Shown: one piece after another, positions 63,567 to 64,000 of the stretch | Layout: each line of letters begins with the position of its first letter | Position numbering within the stretch: position 1 is the stretch's first letter | Assembly (NCBI GenBank): GCA_977020255.1 | Contig: CDROCS010003797.1 | Location: 1-64,000, forward strand | Length of the DNA: 64,000 nt | From: Obrimoposthia wandeli | Lineage: Eukaryota | Reading direction: 5' to 3' | Position numbers and translations under genes: made by a program | The notes under the pieces: generated by a model | The model's database searches: none | What the model saw: the letters and a program-made list of their open reading frames with translations, nothing else | What the model was told of the DNA's origin: nothing

Positions 63567-64000
63567 TATTCTTCACCTTGAGCATTAGCGCTATCATCTA
63601 GCGCTTGCGTTACGGGTGTTTCTTCTTGCTCACCGACAATACGTAAAGCCATACCTTCAACCGGTGCTTCCATTTGTGTCATAACTAAACGAAAGCCTGC
63701 GCTGAATTGGTCATGGCTATAAACATAGTCAGCGTCGTTACGCAGTACATTAATTTCTTGAATATGAAGTTTGTTATCGCTATCAACAAGATAAAGCTTA
63801 TTGGCGCCATGTAATGCATCACGCGGAATAGTGACAATATCATTCACTGTTTTGCCTGAAATATTGGCATTAACAAAAGTGCCCATACGTAGCTCTTGGT
63901 GCTCGCTAGATGATAAAACACTATAAGGGTCATCCACTTGCGCAATCACATAATGTACTCGGCTTCGGCTATCAACTTCACCTTCATAACGCGTTAAGTT
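63566..64000 (-). CDS. RND membrane-fusion protein, C-terminal part (runs off the window end)
   Basis: Frame stays open to base 64000 (NLTRYEGEVDSRSRVHYVIAQV...LRMGTFVNANISG...IPRDAL). Confidence 0.9.
   Translation of the reverse strand, partial: NLTRYEGEVDSRSRVHYVIAQVDDPYSVLSSSEHQELRMGTFVNANISGKTVNDIVTIPRDALHGANKLYLVDSDNKLHIQEINVLRNDADYVYSHDQFSAGFRLVMTQMEAPVEGMALRIVGEQEETPVTQALDDSANAQGEE

Overview
Chromosomal segment of an AT-rich marine gammaproteobacterium; protein character and gene order suggest Colwelliaceae (inference). Most of it is core: TPP riboswitch plus thiC-thiO-thiS-thiG-thiDE, ppiC, tRNA-Leu(CAA), RDD, lptFG, pepA-holC-valS, a cold-shock gene, glutathione peroxidase-hemH, ccmABCDE, TetR plus an RND pump, rraB/plsC, an MlaY/MlaZ-like pair, acyl-CoA dehydrogenase, a hybrid kinase, PIN-PhoH, rapA-rluA and a second RND pump. 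Mobile DNA comprises an intact IS982 element, a frameshifted IS5 element, an AT-rich 427-aa membrane-protein gene bracketed by ~30-bp imperfect palindromes (18.0-19.7 kb), and a dense accessory patch at ~52.7-60.3 kb. That patch holds the 3' end of a group IIC intron (D5/D6 plus maturase C-terminus), a decayed IS110-family transposase, a gene cassette between two degenerate attC sites with no integrase in the window, and a ~98-bp diverged direct repeat bracketing 5.6 kb. A 52-aa membrane ORF missed by the ORF track, a candidate multi-hairpin RNA and several regulator sites were also found. All family assignments come from motif recognition by eye; no database searches were run.
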